This document shows, in pieces, positions 22,136-34,447 of a stretch of 64,000 nucleotides of DNA. A model generated the notes under the pieces. It saw only the letters and a program-made list of their open reading frames with translations, made no database searches and was not told the origin of the DNA. Source of the stretch: Candidatus Oxydemutatoraceae bacterium (GTDB lineage Bacteria; Pseudomonadota; Gammaproteobacteria; Poriferisulfidales; Oxydemutatoraceae); NCBI GenBank assembly GCA_965220085.1, contig CBDCOZ010000002.1:166215-230214 (forward strand), in the 5' to 3' direction. The translations under genes and the position numbers were made by a program. The first letter of the stretch is position 1. Every line of letters begins with the position of its first letter.

Positions 22136-23152
22136 CTAGCCCACGACCCTCATGTAGAAGGCAGCGGGCCCGTGCTCGGGGGTCAGGTAAGGGCAGACCT
22201 CGCCGAGCCGCTTCTGGTGGCGGTGCTGGAGAAAGTTTAGCGCGGCCACCACCTCGTAGCGGGCGGTGTTGGTGAGCAACACCTCCAGCAGGTACTGCTC
22301 GTTCCAGAACCAGACATTGTCGACCACCCAGGCTTCCGGATAGTCCTTGGGCGTGAAGATGTCGTGGATGTGGATGTAGACCCCGGCCTGCAACTGCGGG
22401 AGGATCTCCTGGTATTCATAGAGCACATCGCCCTGCGGCCGGATTATGTGCGAGGAGTCGATGAACAGCAGGTCCTCTGGCCCCAGCTCCTTCGCCCAGT
22501 CCAGGTCGCATTCCTCCACGGGCTTGCGGACGATCTCGATGTCTTCCATCTTCTCCAGCCAGGGGGCTTCTCGTGTAGCGTAGGGCTCGATGCAGATGTG
22601 CTTGCAGGCTGGCCCGCCCTCGTCCCTGTTCTTGCGCAGCGCCACGCGGGCAATCTTGGTCGAGTGACCGCTGCCGATCTCGATGACCTTGTTCGGCTTG
22701 GTGTGCCGCAGGAACTGGTACAGAAAGTCAGCGTCGCCCGGGAGGTAGAAATTGTTGCGAATGGAATACAACACCGAGTCAAAGGGCTGTTCCTGCGCCA
22801 GATCCATGGCGACGAGTTCTTCGCCGAAACTAAGATTCCGCAGAAATTCCAGTTGTGCCGCCTCGTTGAGGTCGATGCCGGGAAGGCGGCGGTCGTCCGA
22901 CAGCGGGTGCCGGAGATTGCGGTGATTGAAAAGAGGCTCGTAGTAGCGGTCCACGATGGGATAGAGCCCCATGTCTTTCAGGCGCAGTTGCGTTCTGGGC
23001 CACTGGTTGCGCTTGTGGATGCGGTACTGCTTCAGTAGTCGGACGCCCGGAATGATGGCGATGGAGATGGCCAGATCCAGAAGCTGATGCCGCCGCCGCA
23101 CACCCCTCTTGACGCGCTCAAGCGCGGACCGAAGTCGTGATTTAATTCGCAT
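22136..23152 (-). CDS. Class I SAM-dependent methyltransferase (Methyltransf_24-like)
   Basis: VIEIGSGHST, LLFIDSSH, IHIHDIF, WNEQYLLE. Confidence 0.88.
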   Translation of the reverse strand: MRIKSRLRSALERVKRGVRRRHQLLDLAISIAIIPGVRLLKQYRIHKRNQWPRTQLRLKDMGLYPIVDRYYEPLFNHRNLRHPLSDDRRLPGIDLNEAAQLEFLRNLSFGEELVAMDLAQEQPFDSVLYSIRNNFYLPGDADFLYQFLRHTKPNKVIEIGSGHSTKIARVALRKNRDEGGPACKHICIEPYATREAPWLEKMEDIEIVRKPVEECDLDWAKELGPEDLLFIDSSHIIRPQGDVLYEYQEILPQLQAGVYIHIHDIFTPKDYPEAWVVDNVWFWNEQYLLEVLLTNTARYEVVAALNFLQHRHQKRLGEVCPYLTPEHGPAAFYMRVVG

Positions 23153-23269
23153 TTGTTAGTTTCTCCGACAATCTTTTTTCTTCGGCATTGAAGCAAAACT
23201 TAAATCAGCATGCCGTTAGTGTAATCGCTTGTGCAATTAGCATGTGCGGCAAACGGGCATTCTACTACA

Positions 23270-23470
23270 TTAATAGGAGAACAAACGATAATGGAGCACA
23301 TGATGAGAGGCGCAAACAGTTTATGGAGCACAAACAGTTTATGGAGCGCAAACAGTTTATGGAGCGCAAACAGTTTATGGAGCGCAAACAATACTCAATT
23401 GTTTGCGGGTTCTTCAATTGTTTGTGGGTTCTTCAATTGTTTGTGGCTTCTTCAATTGTTTGTGGCTTCT
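23270..23470. repeat. Opposed tandem repeats (18-bp GAGCGCAAACAGTTTATG x~4, then 19-bp TTCTTCAATTGTTTGTGG-type x~4)
   Basis: Direct inspection; central hairpin GCAAACAAT-ACTCA-ATTGTTTGC. Confidence 0.85.
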
Positions 23471-23830
23471 TAGGGCTGCCTGCCGCCGGGTTGCTTGCCG
23501 GTCAGCCCCGCCGGCGAGTTGTTCGCGCAGGGAGTCGGGGCTGCCTGCCGCCGGGTTGCTTGCCAGTCAGCCCTTAGCTTGCCGCCTCCCCGCGAGGAGA
23601 GTGTTCCGGGGAGAACTCCGGTCGGCATTGTGCCGTATCCCGACTCCTGCGAGGGGAGAGTGTTTCCTGTCTCCCGCGAGGGGAAAATAATGCGGCACGG
23701 CGTTGCCACGCTATGCTTATAATGGGCAAACCGCCCGGTGTCGTCCGTCCGGCTTATGATGCCCTTCTCAGTTGCCGCTCTCTGTGCTTATAATGGGCAA
23801 GCCGCCGATACAAAGCACGACGAATTCCCG

Positions 23831-24967
23831 ATGAAAATTAAATACGCCTTAATGAGTTCCAACTCCGACCCGGAGTATCTGGACTTCTGGCCGGTCGCCG
23901 CCGAAGCATGGTTGAATCTCGGCATCACACCGGTGTTGTTTTACATTCCGGACCGCGTCAAAGACGTTCCGGTTGTGCCGCGGGAGGTGGCGGGCGCCGA
24001 GGTGCACACCGTGCCGCTGTTGCCCGATGTAAACATCGTGTTGCAAGCGTCGTTGCTTCGCTACTGGGGAAGTTGCAAGTACCCGGACGATGCGGTGATT
24101 GTCAGCGACATAGATCTGTTGCCTTTGTCGCGGCGGTTCTTTGTCGATCAATTGACCGCGATAGATGATGATTGTTATGTGCATTTGAAATGTGTCGCAG
24201 ACAAGTACGAGAGTTACGACTTGCGTAATATCCCCGGAGAAAAAGTGACGGACATATCGAATATGCGCTTCCTGAACGCTTGTTATCACGCGGCAAACGG
24301 CGCCCTGATGAGCGAAGTGCTGTGGCCGTCAAACGGAGGCGGACGCGATTGGGAGAGCGACTGCAAGCGCGCGGTTCCGTATCACTATGTGCGCGCCAGC
24401 GTCACCGGCGGCGCCTACATAATCACCGACAGATATGTCCGACGCGGGAAGTTGTTGCCCCGCTTTAACGCCCGCGGCGACGAGTTGTATATGTCCGCGC
24501 GCGCACACTTGTTCCCGCGGCAGGATGTCTTCCGCTTTATCACGCACGAGTGCGATTTTTTGAATCGCGGTCGTTGGTATTACAAACCCGAGCGCTTGTT
24601 GCGGGAGCAGTATTCGGCGGCGCATTTGCCGCGACCGTATCGTCGCCACAAGTCGGCGATAGACGCCTTGATGCAACGACGCCCTTTGTCCCTGTTTTAT
24701 CGCATTCTTTTTCGGGGGACAGAGAGGATATACAAATTGCGTTGGCGTGCTCCCGAGCGCGGTGTGTTTTTCTCCTACCCCGCTCTCTGGGCGGGCGAGG
24801 TTGCGTTCGGGGTGATGTATCGGTGCAGCGGTTGGAGCGGCGCCGAATTGCTCAGAATGTATTGTCGAACGCAACGTCTGTGGACACGCCGTGACAACGC
24901 TCGTCTGGCCGGGTTGTATGTGAGATACAAACGATGCAAGAAAGCAATATGTCGCCTATGGTCGTGA
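23831..24967 (+). CDS. Putative GT-A-like glycosyltransferase (paralogue 3)
   Basis: Same N-terminus and SDIDLLPL motif, diverged middle and C-terminus. Confidence 0.65.
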   Translation: MKIKYALMSSNSDPEYLDFWPVAAEAWLNLGITPVLFYIPDRVKDVPVVPREVAGAEVHTVPLLPDVNIVLQASLLRYWGSCKYPDDAVIVSDIDLLPLSRRFFVDQLTAIDDDCYVHLKCVADKYESYDLRNIPGEKVTDISNMRFLNACYHAANGALMSEVLWPSNGGGRDWESDCKRAVPYHYVRASVTGGAYIITDRYVRRGKLLPRFNARGDELYMSARAHLFPRQDVFRFITHECDFLNRGRWYYKPERLLREQYSAAHLPRPYRRHKSAIDALMQRRPLSLFYRILFRGTERIYKLRWRAPERGVFFSYPALWAGEVAFGVMYRCSGWSGAELLRMYCRTQRLWTRRDNARLAGLYVRYKRCKKAICRLWS

Positions 24968-25331
24968 ACCCGCGCATATATAGAGTCGGTCAGAGCGTCG
25001 GACTCCGCGAGGACGGCTTGCCGGCGGTCATGGCCGGCCATCTGATCCGAAGAACCCTGCAAGATGTTGCGGGGCATATGGGCTTGCCGGCGGGCATGAC
25101 CGGGCGTCCGCTCCGAGGCAAGGAAGCCCTTTGCGGCCGCCTTTTTGCGCCCCTGCTCCGGCGGTTGATTCCTTAGCGATACCGGCATCCGTGCGGCGGT
25201 CTTGATATGAGGCTAAATTTCATGCTAATATTCGCACCCTTGGGCGTCATCAGCGATGCCCTAAGTGTTCATAAAGTTACTAGCTTAATACTATTGAGTA
25301 AGTCAATCGCGCGGCAGGAACCGTCTGAGAG

Positions 25332-25718
25332 CTGTTATTACAAGAGAAAATTAGCAGACTTCTTATCTGGCAGTTTTTTGTCACAGCGGTTGTAAGCGCA
25401 ATTATGTTTGTTTATCAAGGTCAGCAATCGGCAATCAGCGCGGCATTCGGCGGCGCGAGCGCGATGTTATTGTCATCGTGGTTGGGCGCATCGCTCAAGC
25501 GTCTTGACCGGCGTTTGGGCGACAAACAAAAAGCCGGCGCCGGCGTATTTGTCTTCGGTTTCATTCCGCGCTTTATTTTGGTTTTGGCTCTGTTTTCGCT
25601 GGGCCTTGGTTATCTCGGCTTATCCCCGTTACCGATGCTTGCGGCATTCATCGCCGCCTACGCCGCATACTGGGTCGAGTTGTATCGTATGCAGGCGGAC
25701 AATCCGGAAAAACTATGA
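25332..25718 (+). CDS. atpI: ATP synthase protein I
   Basis: Hydrophobic ORF overlapping the atpB start; frame is open upstream of ATG 25404 to CTG 25332, adding the first helix (RLLIWQFFVTAVVS); start uncertain. Confidence 0.75.
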   Translation: MLLQEKISRLLIWQFFVTAVVSAIMFVYQGQQSAISAAFGGASAMLLSSWLGASLKRLDRRLGDKQKAGAGVFVFGFIPRFILVLALFSLGLGYLGLSPLPMLAAFIAAYAAYWVELYRMQADNPEKL

Positions 25719-26548
25719 GCGAAGGCAGCGGCGGCACAGTCGAATATATCAAGCATCACCTGACCAACCTGTGCGTCGGGGATTGCGACCCGGTCACGCA
25801 CGAGGCCGCGGGCTTCTGGGCATGGCACGCCGATACGATTTTCTTCAGCGTCTTTCTCGCGCTCGTCATCGTCTTGCTGGCGTGGCGAATCGGGCGCGCG
25901 GCGACAGCGGACGCGCCCTCCGGCATGTTGAATGCGGCCGAGACCTTGGTCGAATTTGTGAACAAACAGATCAGCGAGGTCTTCGTCAAACACAACCCCC
26001 TGATCGGCCCGATGGCTCTGACCGTCTTCACTTGGGTGCTGTTAATGAATTCCATGGATTTGGTTCCCGTCGATTTGCTGCCGGAGCTTGGCAAACTCAT
26101 CGGCGTGGAATATCTCAAAGTCGTGCCGACGACCGATGTGAACGCGACCTTCGCGTTGTCCTTGAGCGTGTTTGCGCTGATTATTTTTTACAACATCAAG
26201 AGCAAGGGCTTCGTCGGCTACTTGAAGACCTTTTTGTTTCACCCCTTCGGCAAGTTTCTCATCCCGGTCAATGTCGTAATGACCGCGATTGAGGAAGTCG
26301 CAAAATTATTGAGCCTGGCGTTGCGCTTGTTCGGCAACCTGTTCGCCGGCGAGTTGGTGTTCCTGCTGATCGCGCTGATCGGCGGGACGCTGGCGGTCGG
26401 CTATGCGGCGTTGCTCTGGATACCGCTGCAGATCACCTTTGACTTGGGGTGGCTGCTTTTTCATTTGCTTGTGGTGACGCTGCAAGCGTTCATCTTCATG
26501 GTCCTGACGATTGTCTATATTGGCATGGCGCAGGAAGACAGCCATTGA
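25715..26548 (+). CDS. atpB: F0 subunit a
   Basis: YIKHHLTNL, LSLALRLFGNLFAGE, LQAFIFMVLT. Confidence 0.97.
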   Translation: MSEGSGGTVEYIKHHLTNLCVGDCDPVTHEAAGFWAWHADTIFFSVFLALVIVLLAWRIGRAATADAPSGMLNAAETLVEFVNKQISEVFVKHNPLIGPMALTVFTWVLLMNSMDLVPVDLLPELGKLIGVEYLKVVPTTDVNATFALSLSVFALIIFYNIKSKGFVGYLKTFLFHPFGKFLIPVNVVMTAIEEVAKLLSLALRLFGNLFAGELVFLLIALIGGTLAVGYAALLWIPLQITFDLGWLLFHLLVVTLQAFIFMVLTIVYIGMAQEDSH

Positions 26549-26581
26549 TAACCGAATTTCACTTTCGCATAGGAGACAGTA

Positions 26582-26860
26582 ATGACACCTGACATAATCG
26601 CTAACATATACGCTTCCACCGCCCTTGGGGTGGGTATCATCCTTGCCGCCGCCGGTTTGGGCTCCGCCATTGGCTGGGGTTTGATTTGCGCCAAGACCTT
26701 GGAAGGAATCGCCCGCCAGCCGGAGTTGCGCCCGCAGTTGATGACCAATATGTTCATCTGCGGCGGCTTGATGGAATCGTTTCCGTTTATCATTCTGGCG
26801 TTTGCCATGTGGTTCTTGTTCGCCAACCCGTTTGTCGGCGCGCTACAGACGGCGATATAA
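26582..26860 (+). CDS. atpE: F0 subunit c
   Basis: ARQPEL loop and proton-binding Glu in LMESF. Confidence 0.96.
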   Translation: MTPDIIANIYASTALGVGIILAAAGLGSAIGWGLICAKTLEGIARQPELRPQLMTNMFICGGLMESFPFIILAFAMWFLFANPFVGALQTAI

Positions 26861-26888
26861 GATCCTTGGCACAAGAGCGAGGCAGGCG

Positions 26889-27359
26889 ATGAATATTAAC
26901 GCAACGCTGATTGCCCAGATTCTGGCGTTTCTGATTCTGATCTGGATGGTCAACCGCTTGATGTGGGGGCCTATGATCAACGCGCTGGAAGAGCGGCGCA
27001 AACGTATCGCCGACGGACTGGCGGCTGCCGAAGACAGCAAGAAAGGTTTGGCGGACGCGCAAGCGCAAGCGACGCAGATGAAGCAACAAGCCCAGACCAA
27101 GGCCGCCGATATCATCGCCGCTTCCGAGAAACGCGCGCAGGAGATCGTCGCAGAGGCGAAGGTCGCGGCGCGCGAGGAAGGCGAGCGCATCAAAGCCGCC
27201 GCGCAGGCCGAGATCGACCGCGAGATTGAGCAAGCAAAAGAGCAGTTGTCGCAGCGGGTGGCGGAGCTCGCCGTCGCCGGCGCCGAGCGCATTCTGGCGA
27301 AGGAGATCGATCGCAACACCCACAGCGGCGCGATGAAAGATTTGGAAGGCAAGATATAA
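26889..27359 (+). CDS. atpF: F0 subunit b
   Basis: MNINATLIAQ..ERRKRIADGL. Confidence 0.96.
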   Translation: MNINATLIAQILAFLILIWMVNRLMWGPMINALEERRKRIADGLAAAEDSKKGLADAQAQATQMKQQAQTKAADIIAASEKRAQEIVAEAKVAAREEGERIKAAAQAEIDREIEQAKEQLSQRVAELAVAGAERILAKEIDRNTHSGAMKDLEGKI

Positions 27360-27362
27360 ACC

Positions 27363-27908
27363 ATGTCGGAACCGGTCACAGTAGCAAGACCTTACGCGCG
27401 GGCGGCGTATGCCGCTACGCAAGGCGCGGACGATGCGAAGCGGTGGGGGCAGATGCTTGCCAAGCTCTCTGCACTGACCGAAGATGCCGTCGTTAAGAGA
27501 TTGATCGGCGACTTGCGTTACTCCGCCGCACAGGTGGCGGATGCTGTGCAAGCCTTGTTAGGCGATGATGTGTCGCACGCCGGCCGCTTGAACTTCGTGC
27601 GCTTGCTATCGGCGAACCGCCGCTTGGTTTTGGCGCCGGAGATAGCGCGCCTGTTTGAGCGCTACGCCGCGCGCGCCGAGCGCATCGTGCGGGCGACGGT
27701 TATCAGCGCACAGCCGCTGGATGACGCGCAGCAAGAGGCGATTCGCAACGCGCTGGCAAAGCGCGCGGATGGCCGCATTGAGCTGGACTGCTCGACGGAT
27801 GAATCGTTGCTGGGCGGCGCGGTCGTGCGGCTCGGCGACTTGGTGATAGACGGCTCGGTCAAAAGCCGTCTGCAAAGGTTTTCTGCGACACTGATCGCTC
27901 GAACGTAA
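27363..27908 (+). CDS. atpH: F1 subunit delta
   Basis: TVARPYARA..LLGGAVVRLGDLVIDGSV. Confidence 0.96.
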   Translation: MSEPVTVARPYARAAYAATQGADDAKRWGQMLAKLSALTEDAVVKRLIGDLRYSAAQVADAVQALLGDDVSHAGRLNFVRLLSANRRLVLAPEIARLFERYAARAERIVRATVISAQPLDDAQQEAIRNALAKRADGRIELDCSTDESLLGGAVVRLGDLVIDGSVKSRLQRFSATLIART

Positions 27909-27935
27909 TACATAACTTTTATAGAGAGTCAAACA

Positions 27936-29480
27936 ATGCAACTCAACCCAACCGAAATCAGCAATCTGATTAAACAGAGAATAGACAATTTTGAAGCCGG
28001 CGCCGAAGTGCGTACCGAGGGCGCTATCGTGTCCCTGACGGACGGCATCGTGCGCATTCACGGTCTTGGCAACGTGATGTACGGAGAGATGATTCGCTTT
28101 AACGAGAACCTCTACGGTATGGCGCTGAACCTGGAGCGCGATTCGGTCGGCGCGGTGGTGCTCGGCGAGTATCGCGGCCTCAAGGAAGGCGATACCTGCC
28201 AGTGCACCGGCAGGATTCTTGAAGTGCCCGTCGGGCCCGAGCTCGAGGGGCGTGTTGTGGACGCGCTCGGCAACCCGATTGACGGCAAGGGTCCGATTAA
28301 TGCGGCACAGACCGCACCGGTCGAGAAAGTCGCCCCGGGCGTGATCGAACGGCAGTCGGTCAGCCAGCCGGTGCAGACCGGACTCAAGGCGATCGACGCG
28401 ATGGTGCCGGTCGGGCGCGGCCAGCGTGAGTTGATCATCGGCGACCGTCAGGTCGGCAAGACCGCCGTTGCGATTGATACGATTATCAACCAGAAAGGCG
28501 GCGACCTGAAATGCATTTATGTCGCGGTCGGTCAGAAGCAATCTTCTATCGCGGCAACGGTGCGCCGTCTTGAGGAATACGGCGCGATGGAACATACGAC
28601 CATCGTGGCGGCGGGCGCCGCCGATCCGGCGCCGATGCAGTTTCTGGCGCCGTTCTCGGGTTGTTCTATGGGCGAATACTACCGCGACCGCGGGCAGGAC
28701 GCGCTGATCATCTATGACGATTTGACCAAGCAGGCATGGGCCTACCGACAGATTTCGCTGTTGTTGCGCCGACCGCCCGGGCGCGAAGCGTATCCCGGCG
28801 ATGTGTTCTATCTGCACTCGCGTTTGCTGGAGCGCGCCGCGCGCGTGAATCCCGCCTATGTCGAGCGCGAGACCGGCGGCGAAGTCAAAGGCCGCACCGG
28901 TTCGCTGACGGCGCTGCCGATCATTGAAACGCAAGCGGGCGATGTGTCCGCGTTTGTGCCGACCAATGTGATCTCCATCACCGACGGGCAGATATTTCTT
29001 GAGACCGACCTGTTCAATTCCGGCTTTCGTCCGGCGATGAACGCCGGGCTTTCGGTCTCCCGTGTCGGCGGCGCGGCGCAGACGAACATCATCAAGAAGC
29101 TCGGCGGCGGGGTGCGGCTGGCGCTCGCCCAGTACCGCGAACTCGCGGCCTTTGCCCAGTTCGCATCGGACCTGGATGAGCAAACCCGTCATCAACTGGA
29201 GCGCGGGCAGCGCATCATGGAATTGATGAAGCAGAAACAATACTCGCCGCTGAAAGTCGCCGAGATGGCGGTGTCGCTGTATGCGGCCGACCAAGGCTAT
29301 CTGGACGATGTGGAAGCGGACAAGGTCGGCGCGTTTGAGGAAGCGTTGCACAGTTATATGAACGCCGAGCACGCCGAGTTCATGGCCGCCTTGAACCAAG
29401 ACGCCGAGTTGAGCGACGAAGCCAAGGCCACGATGAAAACGGCGTTGGATGCGTTCAAGCAGAAGGAAGGCGCGTGGTAA
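27936..29480 (+). CDS. atpA: F1 subunit alpha
   Basis: [31 protein letters not shown]. Confidence 0.98.
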   Translation: MQLNPTEISNLIKQRIDNFEAGAEVRTEGAIVSLTDGIVRIHGLGNVMYGEMIRFNENLYGMALNLERDSVGAVVLGEYRGLKEGDTCQCTGRILEVPVGPELEGRVVDALGNPIDGKGPINAAQTAPVEKVAPGVIERQSVSQPVQTGLKAIDAMVPVGRGQRELIIGDRQVGKTAVAIDTIINQKGGDLKCIYVAVGQKQSSIAATVRRLEEYGAMEHTTIVAAGAADPAPMQFLAPFSGCSMGEYYRDRGQDALIIYDDLTKQAWAYRQISLLLRRPPGREAYPGDVFYLHSRLLERAARVNPAYVERETGGEVKGRTGSLTALPIIETQAGDVSAFVPTNVISITDGQIFLETDLFNSGFRPAMNAGLSVSRVGGAAQTNIIKKLGGGVRLALAQYRELAAFAQFASDLDEQTRHQLERGQRIMELMKQKQYSPLKVAEMAVSLYAADQGYLDDVEADKVGAFEEALHSYMNAEHAEFMAALNQDAELSDEAKATMKTALDAFKQKEGAW

Positions 29481-29506
29481 GACAAGCGCGATAACAGGGC
29501 AAGGCA

Positions 29507-30367
29507 GTGGCAAACGAAAAAGAAATCCGCACCAAGATCGCAAGCATCGGCAGCACCCGCAAGATTACCAAAGCGATGGAAATGGTCGCCGCCAGCAAGA
29601 TGCGCAAGGCGCAGGAGCGCATGGGCGCCAGCCGTCCCTATGCCGATCGGATTCGCCATGTCATCGGTCACATTGCCAAAGCCTCGCTGGAATATCGCCA
29701 CCCGTGGCTGACGCCGCGAGAAGAGATCAAAGGGGTCGGCTTCATCATCGTCGCCACCGACCGCGGGCTGTGCGGCGGTTTGAACATCAACCTGTTCAAA
29801 GCCGGACTGACCGCGATGAAGGAATGGCAAGACCGAGGCGCGGACGCGAAAGTGTGCGCGATCGGCAGCAAAGCGATCGCATTTTTCAAACGCATCGGCG
29901 GGCTCTCTTCGCAGATTGCGCACCTCGGCGACGTGCCCCATCCGGATGATTTGATCGGGCCGATCAAAGTGATGCTGGACGCGTACGAAGCGGGCGAGAT
30001 AGACCGCCTGTTCCTGGTCGAGAACAAATTTGTCAGCACGATGGCGCAAACGCCGATCGTCTCCGAACTGGTGCCGGTGGCGGCGAGCGACGACAAGGTG
30101 TTGGACTACCACTGGGATTACCTCTACGAGCCCGATGCCAAAGGGGTGCTGGACATGATGTTGCGACGCTATATTGAGTCGCAGATATATCAGGCGGTGA
30201 TAGAGAATATTGCTTGCGAGATGGCGGCGCGCATGATTGCGATGAAGAGCGCGTCGGACAATGCGGGCGAGTTGATAAAAGAATTGCAACTTGCGTATAA
30301 CAAAGCCCGACAGGCGGCGATTACGCAGGAGATATCCGAGATTGTCGGCGGCGCGGCGGCGGTATAG
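29507..30367 (+). CDS. atpG: F1 subunit gamma
   Basis: [35 protein letters not shown]. Confidence 0.98.
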   Translation: MANEKEIRTKIASIGSTRKITKAMEMVAASKMRKAQERMGASRPYADRIRHVIGHIAKASLEYRHPWLTPREEIKGVGFIIVATDRGLCGGLNINLFKAGLTAMKEWQDRGADAKVCAIGSKAIAFFKRIGGLSSQIAHLGDVPHPDDLIGPIKVMLDAYEAGEIDRLFLVENKFVSTMAQTPIVSELVPVAASDDKVLDYHWDYLYEPDAKGVLDMMLRRYIESQIYQAVIENIACEMAARMIAMKSASDNAGELIKELQLAYNKARQAAITQEISEIVGGAAAV

Positions 30368-30410
30368 CGTCTGCTCCGGCGAGTGAATTAGAAACATAAC
30401 ATAGTTATAG

Positions 30411-31807
<1,397 letters not shown>

Positions 31808-31808
<1 letters not shown>

Positions 31809-32227
31809 TGAGTACGATACGCGTCCAAATCGTCAGTACCGAGAAGGAGATCTTCGCCGGCGAAGCTGAAGTCGTCTTTGCCGATGCCGAGCAAGGCGAA
31901 GTCGGCATCTACCCGCAACACGCTCCGCTCCTGTCCTTGCTCCGCCCGGGGCAAGTCCGTTTGCAGACCGAGAGCGGCGAGCAAAGCTACTACATCTCAG
32001 GCGGCATTCTGGAAGTGCAACCGCACGAAGTTGTCATTCTTGCCGACACCGCCATGCGCGGCGAAGACATTGATGAATCACGCGCACAAGAAGCCAAGAC
32101 CCGCGCTGAAGAAGCGCTGAAAGGCAAACTCTCCGATGTGGAAGCGGCCAAAGCATTGGCTGAAATCGCCGAAGCCGCGGCGCAGATTCGCACCCTGCAA
32201 GAATTGCGCAAAAAAGGCGGACGCTAA
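31808..32227 (+). CDS. atpC: F1 subunit epsilon
   Basis: GEVGIYPQHAPL, SGGILEVQP. Confidence 0.96.
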
Positions 32228-32329
32228 CCCCGCGCACAACCGGCGCGCCCTCGCGCCAACCCGCGTTCCCTCGCACAAGCACACGCCTTGCGCTTGGGCA
32301 GTCTATGCTTTCCCCCTCGCCGCAGCGTT

Positions 32330-32694
32330 TATCGCCTGCGACTCAAAAAAGCTCGGAGTCATAGCGGACTCTGCACTGAGTGCGAGCAATTCCCCCGCGA
32401 GGGGAAGGTGCGGTCGGCGCAAGGGCAAAGCTTGCGCTTGGGAATACCCTATATAATGTAGGCATTACGGGGATAAATGCGCCGGTTGCAAAGCGTGTAC
32501 AAATCGTGTATAGTGCGGGTTTTACGGACGGACAATGTGTGCGCAAACAGCGCTTAGCTGTTTGCGGATTGCTTACCGGAGGTTACGAAACCCAATGGAA
32601 AATATTCTATATAATCTGGGCATCATCAAAGATGTACGCGCTCAATCGCAGGGCAGCGCGAAGGTCTTGTGTAATGCAAACTTCAGGAGGATAC
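32330..32694 (+). promoter_or_regulatory. Conserved upstream promoter/leader module of FLEGPLR genes (copies at ~34620-35059, ~36900-37395, partial ~41400-41584)
   Basis: Near-identical blocks with CTATATAAT, CGTGTATAGT, GCAAACA..TGTTTGC hairpin, ATGGAAAATATT and AGGAGG RBS. Confidence 0.75.
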
Positions 32695-33886
32695 ATGAAA
32701 ATGTTTACAATGTTTAGCCAGTTCACCCCCCCCCCCCCCCCCCCGCATTGACTTAAGCGGGCGCGGCCTCCGGTCGCTCTTCCTGCTCGCCCTCTTCATC
32801 GTATCCGCTCAGGCTCAGGCGCAGAATGCCACCGGCATGCCATCGGTGGCTTACGCCAGTGGCAGCGCACCCACCGAGGATGTGCGGATAACCGCATCGG
32901 GTGACAACATAGCCGATGCCGATGGCTTGGGCGCCTTCGGTTGGCAATGGAGCGCGGCCGACACCAACGGCGGCGCCTACGCCAATATCTCCGGCGCGAC
33001 CAATGCCGCATTCACTCCGGGCGATGACGAGGTAGGCAAGTTTCTGCGGGTCTGCGCATCGTTCATGGATATGGCCGCCACCCCCAATATGGAGAAGCGA
33101 TGCCTGCAGATAGCCACCGCTGTGGCCAACATCAACGACAAGCCATTGGCCACCTCTTTCACAATTGCAGTGCGCACCGCCGCCAGCGCCGCCGACCCCT
33201 ACAGGCTCCGACCAACTGACTTCACTTTCAGAGATGCCGATAACGACATGCTGGCCAGCGTAGTCATACACGGCCTGCCGGCCGCCGGTACCATGTCCTT
33301 GGATGGCACGGCCCTGACCGCCGACGATGTCCCCACAGCGGAGATAACTGTGGTCCGACTGACCGCCGGCGCTCTGACCTATTACCCGGAGTCAGGCCAG
33401 GAGCCCACCAACCCCAGCGATTCCTTTGAAATTTATACCAGTTTCAGATTCGGCGTGACAGACGATGGCAGCGATGGCACCGGCAACAATGCCAGCGACA
33501 ACATCGCCAGCATCAGCATCCGTCTGGTATCGGCGGTCCAGACCGCCGCCTCTGGCAGTCTCATCACACTTCCACTTCCCAACGGGGTAGGGCTGTCCGC
33601 CAATACCGTCGGAATCAGAGATCCCAACGGCATAAATCGCAACACTCTGATGTATGAATGGCAACAGTCCGCCGCCAGCGATGGCCCCTTTGCCCCCATA
33701 GAGGGTGCCACCTCCAGAGAATTCACCCCCCGGCCAGGCCAGTTGAATCAATACATCCGCGTCTGCGTAACCTTTATGGATCAACACACACCCCCGGCAG
33801 AGGAGGGCCCGCTCTGCTCTGCCGCCGTTCGTGTCGGCCCCATACGCTTGCGCTTGCGCATCTTCCTGGAAGGCCCGTTGCGATAG
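32695..33886 (+). CDS. Phase-variable FLEGPLR-family Ig/cadherin-like secreted protein (out of frame in this sequence)
   Basis: AGGAGG-ATG MKMFTMFSQFT then C19; removing one C joins RIDLSGRGLRSLFLLALFIVSAQAQAQ signal peptide and the 32837-33886 ORF. Confidence 0.82.
32726..32744 (+). repeat. Poly-C tract (C19)
   Basis: Direct count; lies at codon 11 of the gene. Confidence 0.9.
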
Positions 33887-34055
33887 CGCGAGCAACATTC
33901 GCCCCTTGTGGGCTTGCGCCACACACTGGAGCGACTCAACGCGATGCGTTGGTAGCGGGAGCAATCCCGTCGCGGGACGCACCGCTAATATGTTCCCTTG
34001 CGGAGAGTCGGCAAGCTAAGGGGGCTGACGAGCGGGTAGCCTGGCGGTAACTGCT

Positions 34056-34447
34056 CCGACACGTTGCTCGCACCATCCCGCAAGCGCGCATTCCGAGCGC
34101 TTTGCCTTGCGCTTAAAAATTGAAAACCGACATGTTGCTCGCATCATCCTCGCAAGCGCGCATTCCGAGCGTTTTGCCTTGCGCTTAAAAATTGAAAACC
34201 GACATGTTGCTCGCATCATCCTCGCAAGCGCGCATTCCGAGCGTTTTGCCTTGCGCTTAAAAATTGAAAACCGACATGTTGCTCGCATCATCCTCGCAAG
34301 CGCGCATTCCGAGCGTTTTGCCTTGCGCTTAAAAATTGAAAACCGACATGTTGCTCGCATCATCCTCGCAAGCGCGCATTCCGAGCGTTTTGCCTTGCGC
34401 TTAAAAATTGAAAACCGACACGTTGCTCGCATCATCCTCGCAAGCAC
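34056..34447. repeat. 72-bp tandem repeat, ~5.4 copies
   Basis: Unit GCATCATCCTCGCAAGCGCGCATTCCGAGCGTTTTGCCTTGCGCTTAAAAATTGAAAACCGACATGTTGCTC, nearly invariant. Confidence 0.95.

Noticed and set aside
26582-26860. Na+-translocating c subunit (ES motif)
   Set aside because: The helix-1 Gln of the Na+ signature is replaced (IGWG), consistent with H+ coupling
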